Assembly: GCA_964187785.1 (NCBI GenBank)
Contig: OZ076409.1
Location: 62,436,001 to 62,500,000, forward strand
Direction: 5' to 3'
DNA: 64,000 bases
Origin: Amphiscolops sp. MND2022
Taxonomy: Eukaryota
Within the stretch, counting starts at the first letter, position 1. Each line of letters opens with the position of its first letter. Under the pieces are notes generated by a model that was not told the DNA's origin, did no database searches, and saw nothing but the letters and a program-made list of their open reading frames with translations. The translations under genes were made by a program, and so were the position numbers. Below are positions 1-12,600 of the stretch, piece after piece.

Positions 1-1560
1 GAAAGGCGGGACCCTTTGGGTTTTTTACTATCCATTTTGTTGCAAAACATCAGAAAGATTAAAGGGTGCAATCCAAAAATTTTCAAAAAGTCTCAGTGTC
101 GGAAAACTAAGTGGAAAACGCCAAGATAGCAAGTCACGCTGAACTTTTAGCTTTGAGCTGATCTCTGATAAACCACTTGGCTCAATACTCTCGAGTTACT
201 TTTTCTAATATGAACTCCGTGGCTGAATTGGTTGTGGAAATTTTCTCGAAAAAATGTTTCCCGTAATTCGCATAGTGCCGAAAACCCTAATGGGTCCTCT
301 ATGCTCGCAAGACGTTTGGTTCCTAGTGAAAATCGAGGGGACGCTTCGACAAAAACAAATTTTGAAAAAGTCGCATAGTACCAAAAACGCCGGTTTTTTT
401 ATATAGCGCAACCTCCGCCTCCTTCTTAGTAGAACGCAATTTATTTCGTATATAACGTCAAAAGTTCAGATATAGCGTGCTGAGACAAATGTGACCTTTT
501 TTGGAACTCCCATCTCCTCCTTAGTAAAACGCAATATAGTTCGGTCATAACGTCAACAATTCGAATATAGCGTGCTGGCTAGCCAAATGGTCTTTACCGT
601 ATAAATAATATTTGCTCCATCTGTTCTCCGTAAACGTGGACGGATCAGAGCTACTGGAGAAAATTACAATCTAGAAGGAGCGAATCGTGGTTATTGAAGA
701 ACATCTAAAGCACCAAATGATTGGTATCGTGATAAAGGTTATCTCATTTGCGAATATTGAATTTCGCGTTGGAACTTCATATCTTACATTATAGTTTGCA
801 CCAGAAGCTTACATCTGTTGAAACTGAACAGATACAATTGAGTCTGAACCTCCGTGAGTTTTTGAACAAATATCTCATTCATATTGAAGGGGGAAAGAGG
901 TCGGGGAAAGAAAAAAGATCCCGAACATGCATTTGATTTCATTGTAGGCATCGTACTATGTTTGTTATTCCTCTTTGATTGCCATCTATGTTGGAAAGCG
1001 AAACAAGGTGTAAATACCGTTATGTCGAGATCATTGTGCAAAATTTTTGACCGATAAATTGATTGATGTCGACTTAATCCAATCTTACATGTTGTTCATT
1101 TTATGGCGGAGAAACTATGTTGAACGTTTTTGAAAGTATAGTCCTTTGATAAAAGCATGTTTCCTCTATTTGAAGAACGCTCCATTTTTTGCTGATATCG
1201 TAGCACTATTGCTTGTCAAGATTCCATTTTTATCACATGATTATAGAGCCTTTTTCTACAATTGCTCAAAGGTCTTAACAGATGACATTTTGAACGCTCG
1301 GAGACGCGTCTGGCTAGAAATTTCAAAACCTACTTTATATCCACCTTTGCATTTGTAACTTGCTACACTTGAAAGTCAATGTGTTGATGAAGGAACAATT
1401 TGATATGATGATCGAATTGCTTCCCCAATTCAAATTTCATTTTCAATTATGAAGTTTTCGGGTCAGGGTTTGGAAAAATAAGAAATTTAAGGGCATAAGT
1501 CGGCGCCCGTCTTAAGGCTGAAAAAGCAAAAATACTTCGAAGCGTCAAGGATTCTCTTTT

Positions 1561-2175
1561 TATTATTTTTGCGATAGCATAATTATTATTGAAATCTCAA
1601 GATGTCTATTTTTTTCAGTACAATTCTTCACACGATACTGAATAATTCAGATATTTGTTCGACAATGACTGTAAGCGTGAGAATTAAATTTCTCAAGGTG
1701 CCGGCAACTATTCAATTCTAGTGCGATGGAACGAGCGAGTGGTAATTATCCATTCGTATGCTGACGTCATTGAGATGAAGCGGGCGAATGTTCGTAATTG
1801 TGCTTTCGTTGCCCCGAGTTATTGAGATGAAGCGAATGAGTGTTAATTATTCGTTCGTTGCGAGCTTCGCCTGCATTCAAATGCGAATGCGAAACTTCGT
1901 CTACGCTTAGTAGTTATATTTTCTTTAGTCCGAGAAGAATTAAATGCGGTGTAAACTTGTACAGTGATTACATGTAATTGTGCTCTAAATAATGATTAAA
2001 CAAGAGTGTATTGGTATTCCAGATATGATTCTTTTATTAATGATTTTTTTTGTTTAAAAAAATCATTTTTTAAACAAAAAAAAATCATTAATAAATGAAT
2101 CATATCTGGAATACCAATACACTTATGATAAAGATTAAAGCAGAAATAGTACTGAGCCCCGGAGGGGCCTATTTT
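1561..2175 (+). mobile_element. Short non-autonomous Helentron-associated (HINE/DINE-1-like) element, family A
   Basis: 1561-2030 is homologous to 21871-22330. The 3' end has subTIR aaagcagaaata followed by the stem-loop gcccc-gga-ggggc and ctatttt, the same end as at 29538-29578. Confidence 0.6.
2005..2123. repeat. Near-perfect 119-bp palindrome (foldback)
   Basis: agtgtattggtattccagatatgattc... pairs with ...gaatcatatctggaataccaatacact around a centre near 2064. Confidence 0.9.
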
Positions 2176-2336
2176 CTAAAAAATGTCTCAGTACCAAAAA
2201 TAACCCTCAAATCTTTTTCATTCTAATAACCTTCTCAAATATTAAAAGGGGGGACCCTTTCGACCAGTTTGCTATTTTGTAGAAATTTCGTAACAATTTT
2301 GTCAAACGGCATGAAATGGTCACTTCGACCAGATTG

Positions 2337-3300
2337 AAACAAGACGGCAACATCTCAAGTCGGAGCTATATCTAAGGCTCAAAAAGCGCAAAACATTTTT
2401 TTTGGAAAGAAACTTGAAATTTTCGAAAAAAAAATTCTTTCAGAAAATGTCGCACAGTGCCGAAAAATGTAAAAGGGGGGCCCTTTTTGATTTATAAACA
2501 CGCATTCTGTAGCAAAATAACAAAAAAACTCAAAGGGGGGACCCTTTGGGGACATTAAAAAAATTTCGAAAAAAAGTCGCACAGTGCCGAAAAAAATCGA
2601 AAGGGGCACCCTTTAGTCCCGTCCGGGTTTGTAGGTAACGTTTAAAAAGTAAAAAACCAAAGGGGGGATCCTTTGGAATAATTTACATGCGTTTCCCTGG
2701 TATTCAGTTTCCTTTAGTTGAACGTTAACGTTCGTCGCTTCGAGTCTGTCTTAAATTAAAACAAGACGGGAACGTCTCAAGTCGGAGCTATATCTAAGGC
2801 TCAAAAAGCGCAAAACATTTTTTTGGAAAAAAACTTGAAATTTTCGAAAAAAAATTCTTTCGGAAAATGTCGCACAGTGCCGAAAAATGTAAAAGGGGGA
2901 CCCTTTTTGATTTATAAACACGCATTCTGTAGCAAAATAACAAAAAACTCAAAGGTGGGACCCTTTGGGGACATTAAAAAAATTTCGAAAAAGTCTCAGT
3001 GCCGAAAAAAAATTAAAAGGGGGGACCCTTTAGTCCCGTCCGGGCTTGTAGGTAACGTTTAAAAAGTAAATGAATGCGCTCCCCGTTTGCCTTTACCGGT
3101 CCAGTAGTTTAGTACTGTATTTATTAGTTGAACGTTAATTTTAACGTTCGTCGCTTCGAGTCTGTCTTAAATAAAAAAAAAGAAAAAAAACGAGTGACTG
3201 TAATAGTCGGGCTCTTTTCTTAAGAAAAGCGCCGACTAAAAAAACGAGTGGCTGTAATAGTCGGGCTCTTTTATTAATAAAAGCGCCGACTAAAAAACGA
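2337..3300 (-). mobile_element. HINE-like family B element with a tandem 422-bp duplication and duplicated terminal hairpins
   Basis: aaacaagacgg...caagtcggagctatatc occurs at 2337 and 2759. Hairpins tagtcgg...ccgacta at 3204-3238 and 3258-3292. The gggaccctttg and gtgccgaaaa motifs recur at 1-400, 11370-11635 and 21140-21870. Confidence 0.55.
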
Positions 3301-3609
3301 CAAAAAGCCACTATAATAGTCGCGTTTTAATTGATAAACGCTCACAAGATGTATCTGAGGAGATACGAATATAGCCTTCGGATTTTATTTTCTTTGAAAT
3401 GTGCCCTGAAGTTAAATTCATCTAAATGTTTTCGCTTTTGTTAGATTATCAGGAATTTATTGCAAGTTTTCGTCGAAGCATCGCCTCTTTTTATTAAATA
3501 TGACCAATTTGTTTCAAATATGAAGCGCGAAACAAATGGCTTAGTTGAGGATATTTCCATATTGTTTTATTTTACAAAAATATCGAAAGAATTTTTTTTC
3601 TTTTTCCAG

Positions 3610-6600
3610 AGCAAGGTAGGAAGTGCACCTCTTAGAAAGAAATCTTCCATGTCAACCGTTTCAAGAGTGACTGCCGAAGATAGTATGTTATATCTAGCTT
3701 CTGAGCCTTCGATGAAGCTAAGCCGAGAGACGAGTTCTAAAAAACATGGAGGTGTCGTGCGCAGTGAAGCTTCGGTAGCCCCTGTTGTAACATATGGTGA
3801 GTTGCGTCTTCACAGTTTTAGTAGTTGAATAATCATGCAAGACCGTTTTTACCTTTTCGATGCTATCAAATTTTCTGAAGAAAACCTATATGTGTATTTT
3901 GTGTAGGTCAATCATCAACAACGTTAAAGTTCGCGTGGAAAAACAGGACGAACTTGCACTTTTTACTAAAAAGCTCCAATTAGAAGAGAAGAGCTTTGTC
4001 TCTTGTAGTTTTGTAGATCATGTGAAAGTCCAAAGAGCTTTTTGGCCTTTTTCAGTACTCTTTATGTCTTAGACTAAAAAAGGACGTTTCATCCCAATTG
4101 TCACCTTACAATGAAAAATTTGCGAAAAGCGCTGGTTAAAAACGTAATCTTTTCTATGGTACAGTTCAGTTTATTGAATTTCTGATTCAGGTTTTTAGGA
4201 GTCGGAAAACTTTTTGACTGCTTGTACACTCGTACTTTTTCCTACCGATTTTTCAATGATTTCTGAAAATTGTCCAAATGACTTTTATAAATTTAGCATA
4301 GTCAATCTACACCCAAAGGTGCTCCTGTGTGTGCAATGACATCAAAATCGTATGACTGGGATCTGGCCTAAATTAGTCCAAAAAGTGACCATGAACAGCC
4401 ATTTTGGACTTTTTTCGATTTTCTCAAAAACTGTTCATACAATTCGAACTAATTTTTTACAGTCATCCTACGCCATATTCACCATATTAGGGTCCTATGT
4501 GTACAATGGTATCAAAATCGCACAACTGGGATCTGAAAAACAGAGCCAAAATTAGTCTAGCAATACCAGTGTTATTTTTATAAAACTAAATAGTTCATTT
4601 CATCTTCAAGTCAAAGTTTCCTCGCAAGCGGCTGTAAGGATAGTGTTTAAGAAAAATGAGCGATATCAATTTTAAAGCTAATCTGTTTTAGAAATGAAGG
4701 ATGAACTCGACTTTGACGCTCTAGTCGATGAAACTGGGTCTGATGACGATATGGATGGTTGCCTATTAGTAAGTTTTCAAGCTTTTGAATTGAGTTTCGA
4801 TGATAGAAATACTTCCATTATACCAAAAAGCTACATATTCGTATTTTCGATTGCGAAACTTTTAAAGCGCATTACTTCTTCAGAAATGCATTTGAATAAT
4901 GAATTCTCCAGAGAGAAAGCCTCAAATTTTGAATTTTGACGGTAAGTCTGATACTATTCGCTGACGTACTACTATTTCAACACTTTCCCTGGAAACGGTT
5001 GCTGGAGAAATAAACAACCAAAAACATTCGAAAAAAACAGCAAATTTCACGAAGCAAAATTCCAATGTTCTCATTTTGTGACCAGTGACCATTTTCTTTA
5101 TTTTTGCAGACTTTCTTTGATTGTCCAGAAAATCATTTATCATTGGCTTTTCGGTACCCTAGAGTCCTGTATGTTATTTAAGATCATGACGGGTTGAAAT
5201 TTTATTGCTTCAACACTGCTTTTTATTTCAGGAGGATGAAGTATCTGACCTGGAAATGTCATTGGGATTGTGCGAACGGACGGTGGAATTGTGCAAAAGG
5301 TATGCTACAATGAAGTAAAAGTAAATGTTCATTTGTTAGATTTATACCGAATATAACAAAAAATGAATGAGTGAGTGTATGACACAATATAGCCATTTCT
5401 GTTCTTGTGTTGAGAGCCATGGGCGAAAAGGGAAGTTCAGACAAGTTATTATGATTTAGCTAGTAAAAAGTAACGTTTTAACGTTCAAATATTTTCCGTA
5501 ATGTTTTTACTTTCCCTTTGGTGTAGTTTCCAATGTCTGGAATGAGGGCTGGCGAAAGACCCTGTCGCTTTCAAACAGTATTATAGTCATGCAGATTGCC
5601 ATCAAAGTCAAAGATTTATCTTTTAAACATGAGTAGTTATAATGCATTTTTCATTAAAGTATAACCCATGCGAATGTTAGTTCAGATTCTTTTTTCACTG
5701 TATGCACTCAGAGGAGACTGGACAAATTTATAATTCAGGCCTTATTTCTCAGTAAACCTACTTCAGTAAAAGGTTCTCTCGAGAACTGTCAATGACATAA
5801 CGATGCTTGATTTTTTTTCATTTTTGGATAAGAATCTAATCATTTCATCATTTCATGATTTTGCAAAGTTGAGTGAGCGCTGTTCTCTTTTGACTTTTCT
5901 GTTTCAGCTCGCGTTTCGAGGACTTATTTGATTCAGAGGAGTCGTTTGAAAGGGACTTGAATCAATTCAAGTTGAGTGCACAAAGTTTCACGCTTTCGCG
6001 TTCGTTCAATGCTTCAAACAGAATTCAGTTTCAACCAGCGGTTCATCAAGATTCAGAAATTTTAACAGATGAAGACGCCAACTCATCCAGTTCATCGAGT
6101 GATGAACCACCGCCCGGTGCTGGTGTTGATATTTCTGTTCGTGCTAAGGTAAAAGGCTTTTAAACCCTTTACAAATGAGAGATGCAGTAACACTGATATT
6201 TTTGCATTTCTTTAGAAAATCGCATGACAAGCAAAATAGCAATTTTGAAACTAACCTTAGACACTCTTCTAAGCCATAAAAATGGGTCAAATGTTCCAAC
6301 TACATTTTCGAAAAATTGAGTCACAGCAAGCGTGATGATGATGTAAGACTACGATTTAAAAGTAAATGTTGGAGGCCTTCGCTGTTCTATTTCTATCATT
6401 TCTGTTTCAGGAACTTTGGCTCGAACGTGAGTATACTTTTATTGGACTTATTATTTAGGCACGTTTTTTCTTTGCAACCAATTAAGTACTCTTGGGACAT
6501 TTTGCTTCCTCTTTTTGTCTAATCGTGAATTTGGGAAGCCAAATCCGAAGTTAGAAAAACAAATTGCGAAGTAAGTTAGTTTTCACAGAGTCACAAAAGA

Positions 6601-9600
6601 AAATCTAAGCTCAAACGAACTGTGTTCAAAGTTGCTTATTTTGGAACCAGAATGTGATGATAGGATGGGATCATTCGTCGCGGATTTATCTAAAATACTT
6701 ACCACACACACACAAAAAGACTAACCACGCACCCAAAAAGTTACAAATAATCTAGTGTTTGAAATGAGCCATTAATTTGTTATTCTAGTAAATGAAAGGT
6801 CGTACGAAGCTTTGATTGAAAAGTACGGGGAGGACATGTATAGAGAAGACTGGATCGTGGATAAACTTGTGGAAGACTCTTCCGGAGAGCGATTGTCATC
6901 TGTTGAGAAGGTCGTTGTTGCCTTTCGAAACTTCTTGCTCTCTACCGGGGCAAAATCACTGGGTTAGTTCACAATATTATATTGTAATCAGTTTTATTTG
7001 TGCATAAAAAGTATTGACACTATAGTTCAAAACGAAAATTATAGGATTTATAATCACTGCGCCAACAAATATGGATCTCAACACTCTGCTGTGAAAGTAG
7101 TTTCTCTGTAAAATTTTTGATGTATTCGACAGTGCACAGTAAAACTCTCTTGCTCTCTTGAGTTTTGATTTCTTGCTCTCTGAGTTTCGGCATAATTCGA
7201 TATTTTCTCATTGAGTTTAAGATCGTCATTGAAAGCAACCAAAAGCCTTTCGAAAAGATTTCATCTTCACTTGATCTACAAAGTTGTATTAGATCAAAGG
7301 GTCCTTTGCGTTTGCGTGGTGTTTTCTGTTCGAAAAAAGTCCTGAGCCCAAAGAGTCGGCGCTAAAATTTTCTCAAACACCATACCTGATCATTTTTGAG
7401 AGACTCGGTTCTTTTTGAACTTTAACCTGAGCCGGCTTATGCCAATCCAGGCTTGGTTTTTCCACATCGTGCCGGCCTATCTACTAGTTTGCAGGTACCA
7501 TTTTCAATCTGAAAATGTTTGAATCGTGCTTTGTTTGCAGGGTTGAAAGGCTATCTTTCTAGCATTTGTTTCGTTCTTTCTTTGCTGGCGGTGTCCAGCG
7601 AACTGATCGAAGATGACGATTGTTCGGATGCAGCTATGGATGATATTTTTGACAGATTGCAAGTGGAGTTGAGCAACGGTGAGGCCTTCGCCAGGTGAGA
7701 GCATTTGCCTGTTGATGTTTTTGTATAAGAGTGAATTTTATTATTTTCCGCCCATATTTCATATGGGAAACGAAAATATTTAAATCAAGCGGTTTTTTTT
7801 ACAAAATTTGCCAAGCATCAAATTTATATTTAGCTTTAAGGGTGTTACCCATAGAATTCAACTCACCTAATTTTAGCTTCGTGCGATTTGTATTTGTGGA
7901 GATTTCTGGACTTTTTCTGGTTGACCCCAAGGACCCCAGAATGACCCAAAAAATGGCAAAAAACCAACAATTTCCCGATTTTTAACGTTTTTATGCAATT
8001 TTTGTCAAATTTCCGATAGAATTCGTGGATTAGAATGTTGAAAATGCACAATATGACACTAATTCGTTGTCCAGTAGGCATTTCCGTAGAGATAATTGCT
8101 GTTTTTCAAATGAAAAAAGCTCGAATTGACACCGAAAATGACAAAACTTCCGAAAATTTCCCATTTTTCGAAATTTTTACGCATTTTTCGTCAAATTTTT
8201 GACAGACTTCGTCGATTGGAACGTTGAAAAGGGTCAACAACAAGGAAAGAATGCGTTTTCCAGTAGGCTTTTCCGAAGAGTTTGTGGCAGTTTCATTAGT
8301 GAAACTGTCTCAAATTGACACCAAAAATGACAAAAAAACCCATTTTTTTTCAATTTCCAATGTTCTTTTGCATTTTTTGTAAAGTTTTGACAGACTTCGT
8401 CAATTGGAATGTTTCGAGGGGTCAATGCGGAAGGCGTTAGTTGTCCAGTAGTCTTTTCTGAAGAGATAATTGCAATGTTCCGTATGAAAAGGTCTCAAAT
8501 TGACACCGAAAATGTCAAAAATCCCAAAATTTTCCAATTTTCAAAAATTTTATGCATTTTTCCCCAAATTTTGTAAACTGAAACGTTGAAGATGGTCAAC
8601 AAGGAAGGAATGTGTTTTCCAGTCTGCTTAGAAAAGAGATAAATGCAGTTGTTTAACCGAAAACTGTCCGAAATTGACATCGGAAAAGACAAAATTTCAT
8701 TTTGTTTCAATTTTGGTCAAAATATCGATAGAATTCGTGGACTAGAAAGTTAAAACGCCTAAAACATGGGCAAATTTGGTGTTTTGGGCGGCTTTTGTCA
8801 CGGGATGAGTTCAATTTTAAAAGAAAAATGCCTCAAATTGACCTTGAACTTTCAAAAAATTTGAAGTTTTTGTCGTTTTTGATGCATTTTCTGTACATTT
8901 TCCGATAGATTCCGTCCTAAGTTCCAACACAATCAACTCAACAACAAACGAACGACCTTGGCATTATATACAAGAGAACGATGCAGCGTTTTGTTTCGAA
9001 AACACTTCAGAAAGACTCCAAACGTGTCGAAAACTTTCAACGTCTTCGTTTTTGTGCTACTTGTGAACTTTTTGAATCGTTTTTGAAAATTTTCTTTTCT
9101 CGGTGAGTCGCATAGTGTCAAAAAATTGAAAAGTTATCGCAGAAATTATAAATTAGGGTTTTTCTTTAAAATGGGCAAAAATGAATCGAAGTTTTCCTTT
9201 CTTTGAACTTCTTTGCGTTTTTATAGTGCATTGGCTATTCCTAAGCCTCAAATTTTTTAGTTGTTGAACAGTTTGGGGCCGAAAATATCTTGCTGCTCAG
9301 CGGGCGTCTTGTTTGACTACTAACTGGTAGTTTTTTCAGACCACATATCGTTGACAAATGTTCAGTCTAACTCAAGAAAGCGAGGACTATTTTCATCTGT
9401 CTCTCATTCTCTTTCCCTTTTTGACAAAATTGGTCTCTGAGAGCTTAGGAAGTAAGCAAAATGCCAATACTGCAAAACTACTTTTCTTAAGCCGAAATCC
9501 GCTATGAAAGCAAGATGGTAGACATCTTTCCACTCAAAACTTTGGCGAAGACCATTATGAATGTGAAAAGAGAAAATTCAGTCAATTCGAATTACAATGA

Positions 9601-12600
9601 ACACAATGATGACCTTTTTGAAGATGAAATAACCATATCTGAATTAGAACAAGCTCTCAAAGAACTTCCACATACTGGGTCCTTCGACATTGAAAACTTA
9701 CATATATTGATACTGAAACATTCGGGATCCCGAGCCAAGCTAGTTGTCCTTCATCTATTCAACAAAAAATCCTACTCTGAATGTTCTAGTTTGCGACCAC
9801 TGGCAATTTCCAGTCACATGGGAAAATTAATGGAAAGGATTATATCCGAACGATTGACCCTGCACTGTAAACGAAACAACTTGATACACAATAGCAAGGT
9901 TTCCGAGCTAAGCACATCACTACCCGGTCCCTTTATCGACTTCACCTCGCGATGGAGTCCATCAAGCGTTTGAACGAACCCTCAGCTTTACTAAACGTTG
10001 ACTTAGAGAAAGCGTTCGACAGCGTATGAATTGATGGACTTTACAACCTGTCAATTCATCTTGGGGTCTCTGAAAAAATGCTACACATCATCAACATTTT
10101 CCTCCGAAACAGAAGTGTTTTTACAAATTAGCAACTTCAAATCGGAATGCTTTGTAACAAAGACAGAGCTCCCCCAAGACAGTGTAGTATCGCCTCTTCT
10201 ATTCATTATCTACATCAATGATCTTTTGGCAACACATACGAACAGTTTCAATTTTGCTGGCGATACATCTGTTCTAGTTACGGGCAAAAACGTCGAAGAC
10301 CTCCAAGTTAGGTTGAACTCGGCCTGTAGAGAAATAGAATCATGGTGTCGAAATGGAGAATGGTAGTCAACGGTTCCAAAACCGAAATGATGCTGCTGAA
10401 CTGTGAGGTGTCTGCAATCAATTTGCCTACAATAAACTGTGATACATGTGCACTCGTATCGAGCACAAAATCTATTGGACCTATCATCGACGACAAGCTG
10501 AATTACCATGAACACTTGAAAACGGTCACGGTCAAAGCATCAAGAAACTGGCGCATCATACGGAGCAAATGTGCAGACCAATGGGGCCTCAGCGTCCCCA
10601 CTCTGATCTACTTTACAAAACCGTAATTCTGCCACGAATAATGTACGCCGCACCAATCTGGAAACATAAAAATATCTCCGATCTCAATAAGTTTCAGAAC
10701 AACATAATTCGATCGGTATTTAGACATTGTCTATCACCTCCTATTGCTGCTAGTGAGGTTCTGCCAGGAATTCCCCCTCTGGACTTGTACGGCGACTCGC
10801 TCGACATCAAATTTCTGATCAAAGTTACCTTACAATCCGACATTGTCTCAACAGCTCATGCTGAAGCTCTCCCTGTTGAAAGCACAGCGCATGACCTTCA
10901 ATGCTCACTGAATAGATATCCTAAATACTTTAACATTAATGATGATGCTTGTTTTTACACTAATGAAATGGTAGCTGAATCTATAAACAATGCGGAATCA
11001 ACGTTGGCATTGTCCTACGAATACCTGCTCCTTGAAACATTTTTTTGTACAACTTTCTGGCTCTACAATTTGTCCCTTGATAAACGGCCACCCCTGGGAA
11101 GCTATAATGATATGCCAACTTCTCTTTGGCAATTCTTCAAGATATAATGAAATTTCGTGGAAAATGTATAAACGTGCATCACCCATGTGCTCCTGTGGAT
11201 TATCTGAAAAAAATGCTTACCACTTTTTCTTCAGTTGTACCCTGCATGACAACTACAGACCCCATAGCCTGCAAACTCTTAACCTTATGAGGACCGAAGA
11301 CTGCACTTCCTTCAAAACTTTCCTTCTAAAATCCAAGAAACTGCAATAAATATATATGAAAACAAAGGGGTACTCTTTGACCAAAAGAAAGTTTCGGAGA
11401 AAAAAAGACGCAGAGTCGAAAAACTGAAAAAGGTAATTTCCACAATCAAGAAGAAACCTCGCCAGTTCCATATGATCAAAAATAACAAAGAAGCCACCCT
11501 GAAGACTCGGGAAACCTTTTTCTTTTACAGAAAACTTCAACAATTGAAAATTGCGAAAAATGTTTTTCAAAAATTTTTTCAAAAAAGTTTTTGAAAATTT
11601 TATTTTTCTCGGTGAGTCGCATAGTGTCAAAAAATTGAAAAGTTATCGCAGAAATTATAAATTAGGGTTTTTCTTTAAAATGGGCAAAAATGAATCGAAG
11701 TTTTCCTTTCTTTGAACTTCTTTGCGTTTTTATAGTGCATTGGCTATTCCTAAGCCTCAAATTTTTTAGTTGTTGAACAGTTTGGGGCCGAAAATATCTT
11801 GCTTCTCAGCGGGCGTCTTGTTTGACTACTAACTGGTAGTTTTTTCAGACCACATATCGTTGACAAATGTTCAGTCTAACTCAAAGAAAGCGAGGACAAT
11901 TTTCATTTGTCTCTCATTCGCTTTCCCTTTTTGACAAAATTGGTCTCTGAGAGCTTAGGAAGTAAGCAAAATGCCAATACTGCAGTTTTGTATTTTAATT
12001 TCGTTTTTTTTTCAATTACAGCGACTTCATGATGCAGTTGCTTCCATTTAAACTTACTTGCCTTACACTTCTTTTGTGATATATTGTTCTTTGAAAATTG
12101 TCTGAAATTGAAAGGTTTTCTGGTGTTCCTTTTAAAAACGATATTTTTTCCGCAAAAACTCAGAAATGAACGTTTGTTTGAACAAGAAAGTTAATTTCCC
12201 CGATTCCGTGGGGTGGACGCCGAAAAAGCAGTTCTGCTTTTCTAAGTCGGCGCCCGTTCGGATACCATATTTGCAGCCAAGTGGTCAAGTAATGGTGGAC
12301 TTGAAGCTGTGGTTCCAAAGTGACTTGCTCAAGGTCACAAAGGTCTGACTGCTCACCGTTGCTCTTTTTATTTTTGCTTTTCTCCGCCAAATGCGGTATT
12401 TTTTGTCCTTGACCATACTGTTTTTTCCCTATTTCGTTTAGTTCATGTTCATTCATATCAGATGAATGTTATACTTTTCAGGTGGGTTTTGAATATATAT
12501 CTGTTTTACGATCAGTTTTTACAATGGTAGCAGGACACTAACGATGACCACCTCATTCAAAACCCCACCTATTTGGGTTGATGATCAACCGTTTCATGCA

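Noticed and set aside
2379..3062. Short ORFs in the family B repeat and other antisense shadow ORFs over gag/pol
   Set aside because: Low-complexity Lys/Phe-rich translations of repeats, or reverse-frame shadows of real coding sequence.
9079..11984. LTR element formed by the 396-bp direct repeats around an RT
   Set aside because: No TG...CA ends, PBS or PPT, and the RT is non-LTR type with its own candidate TSD.
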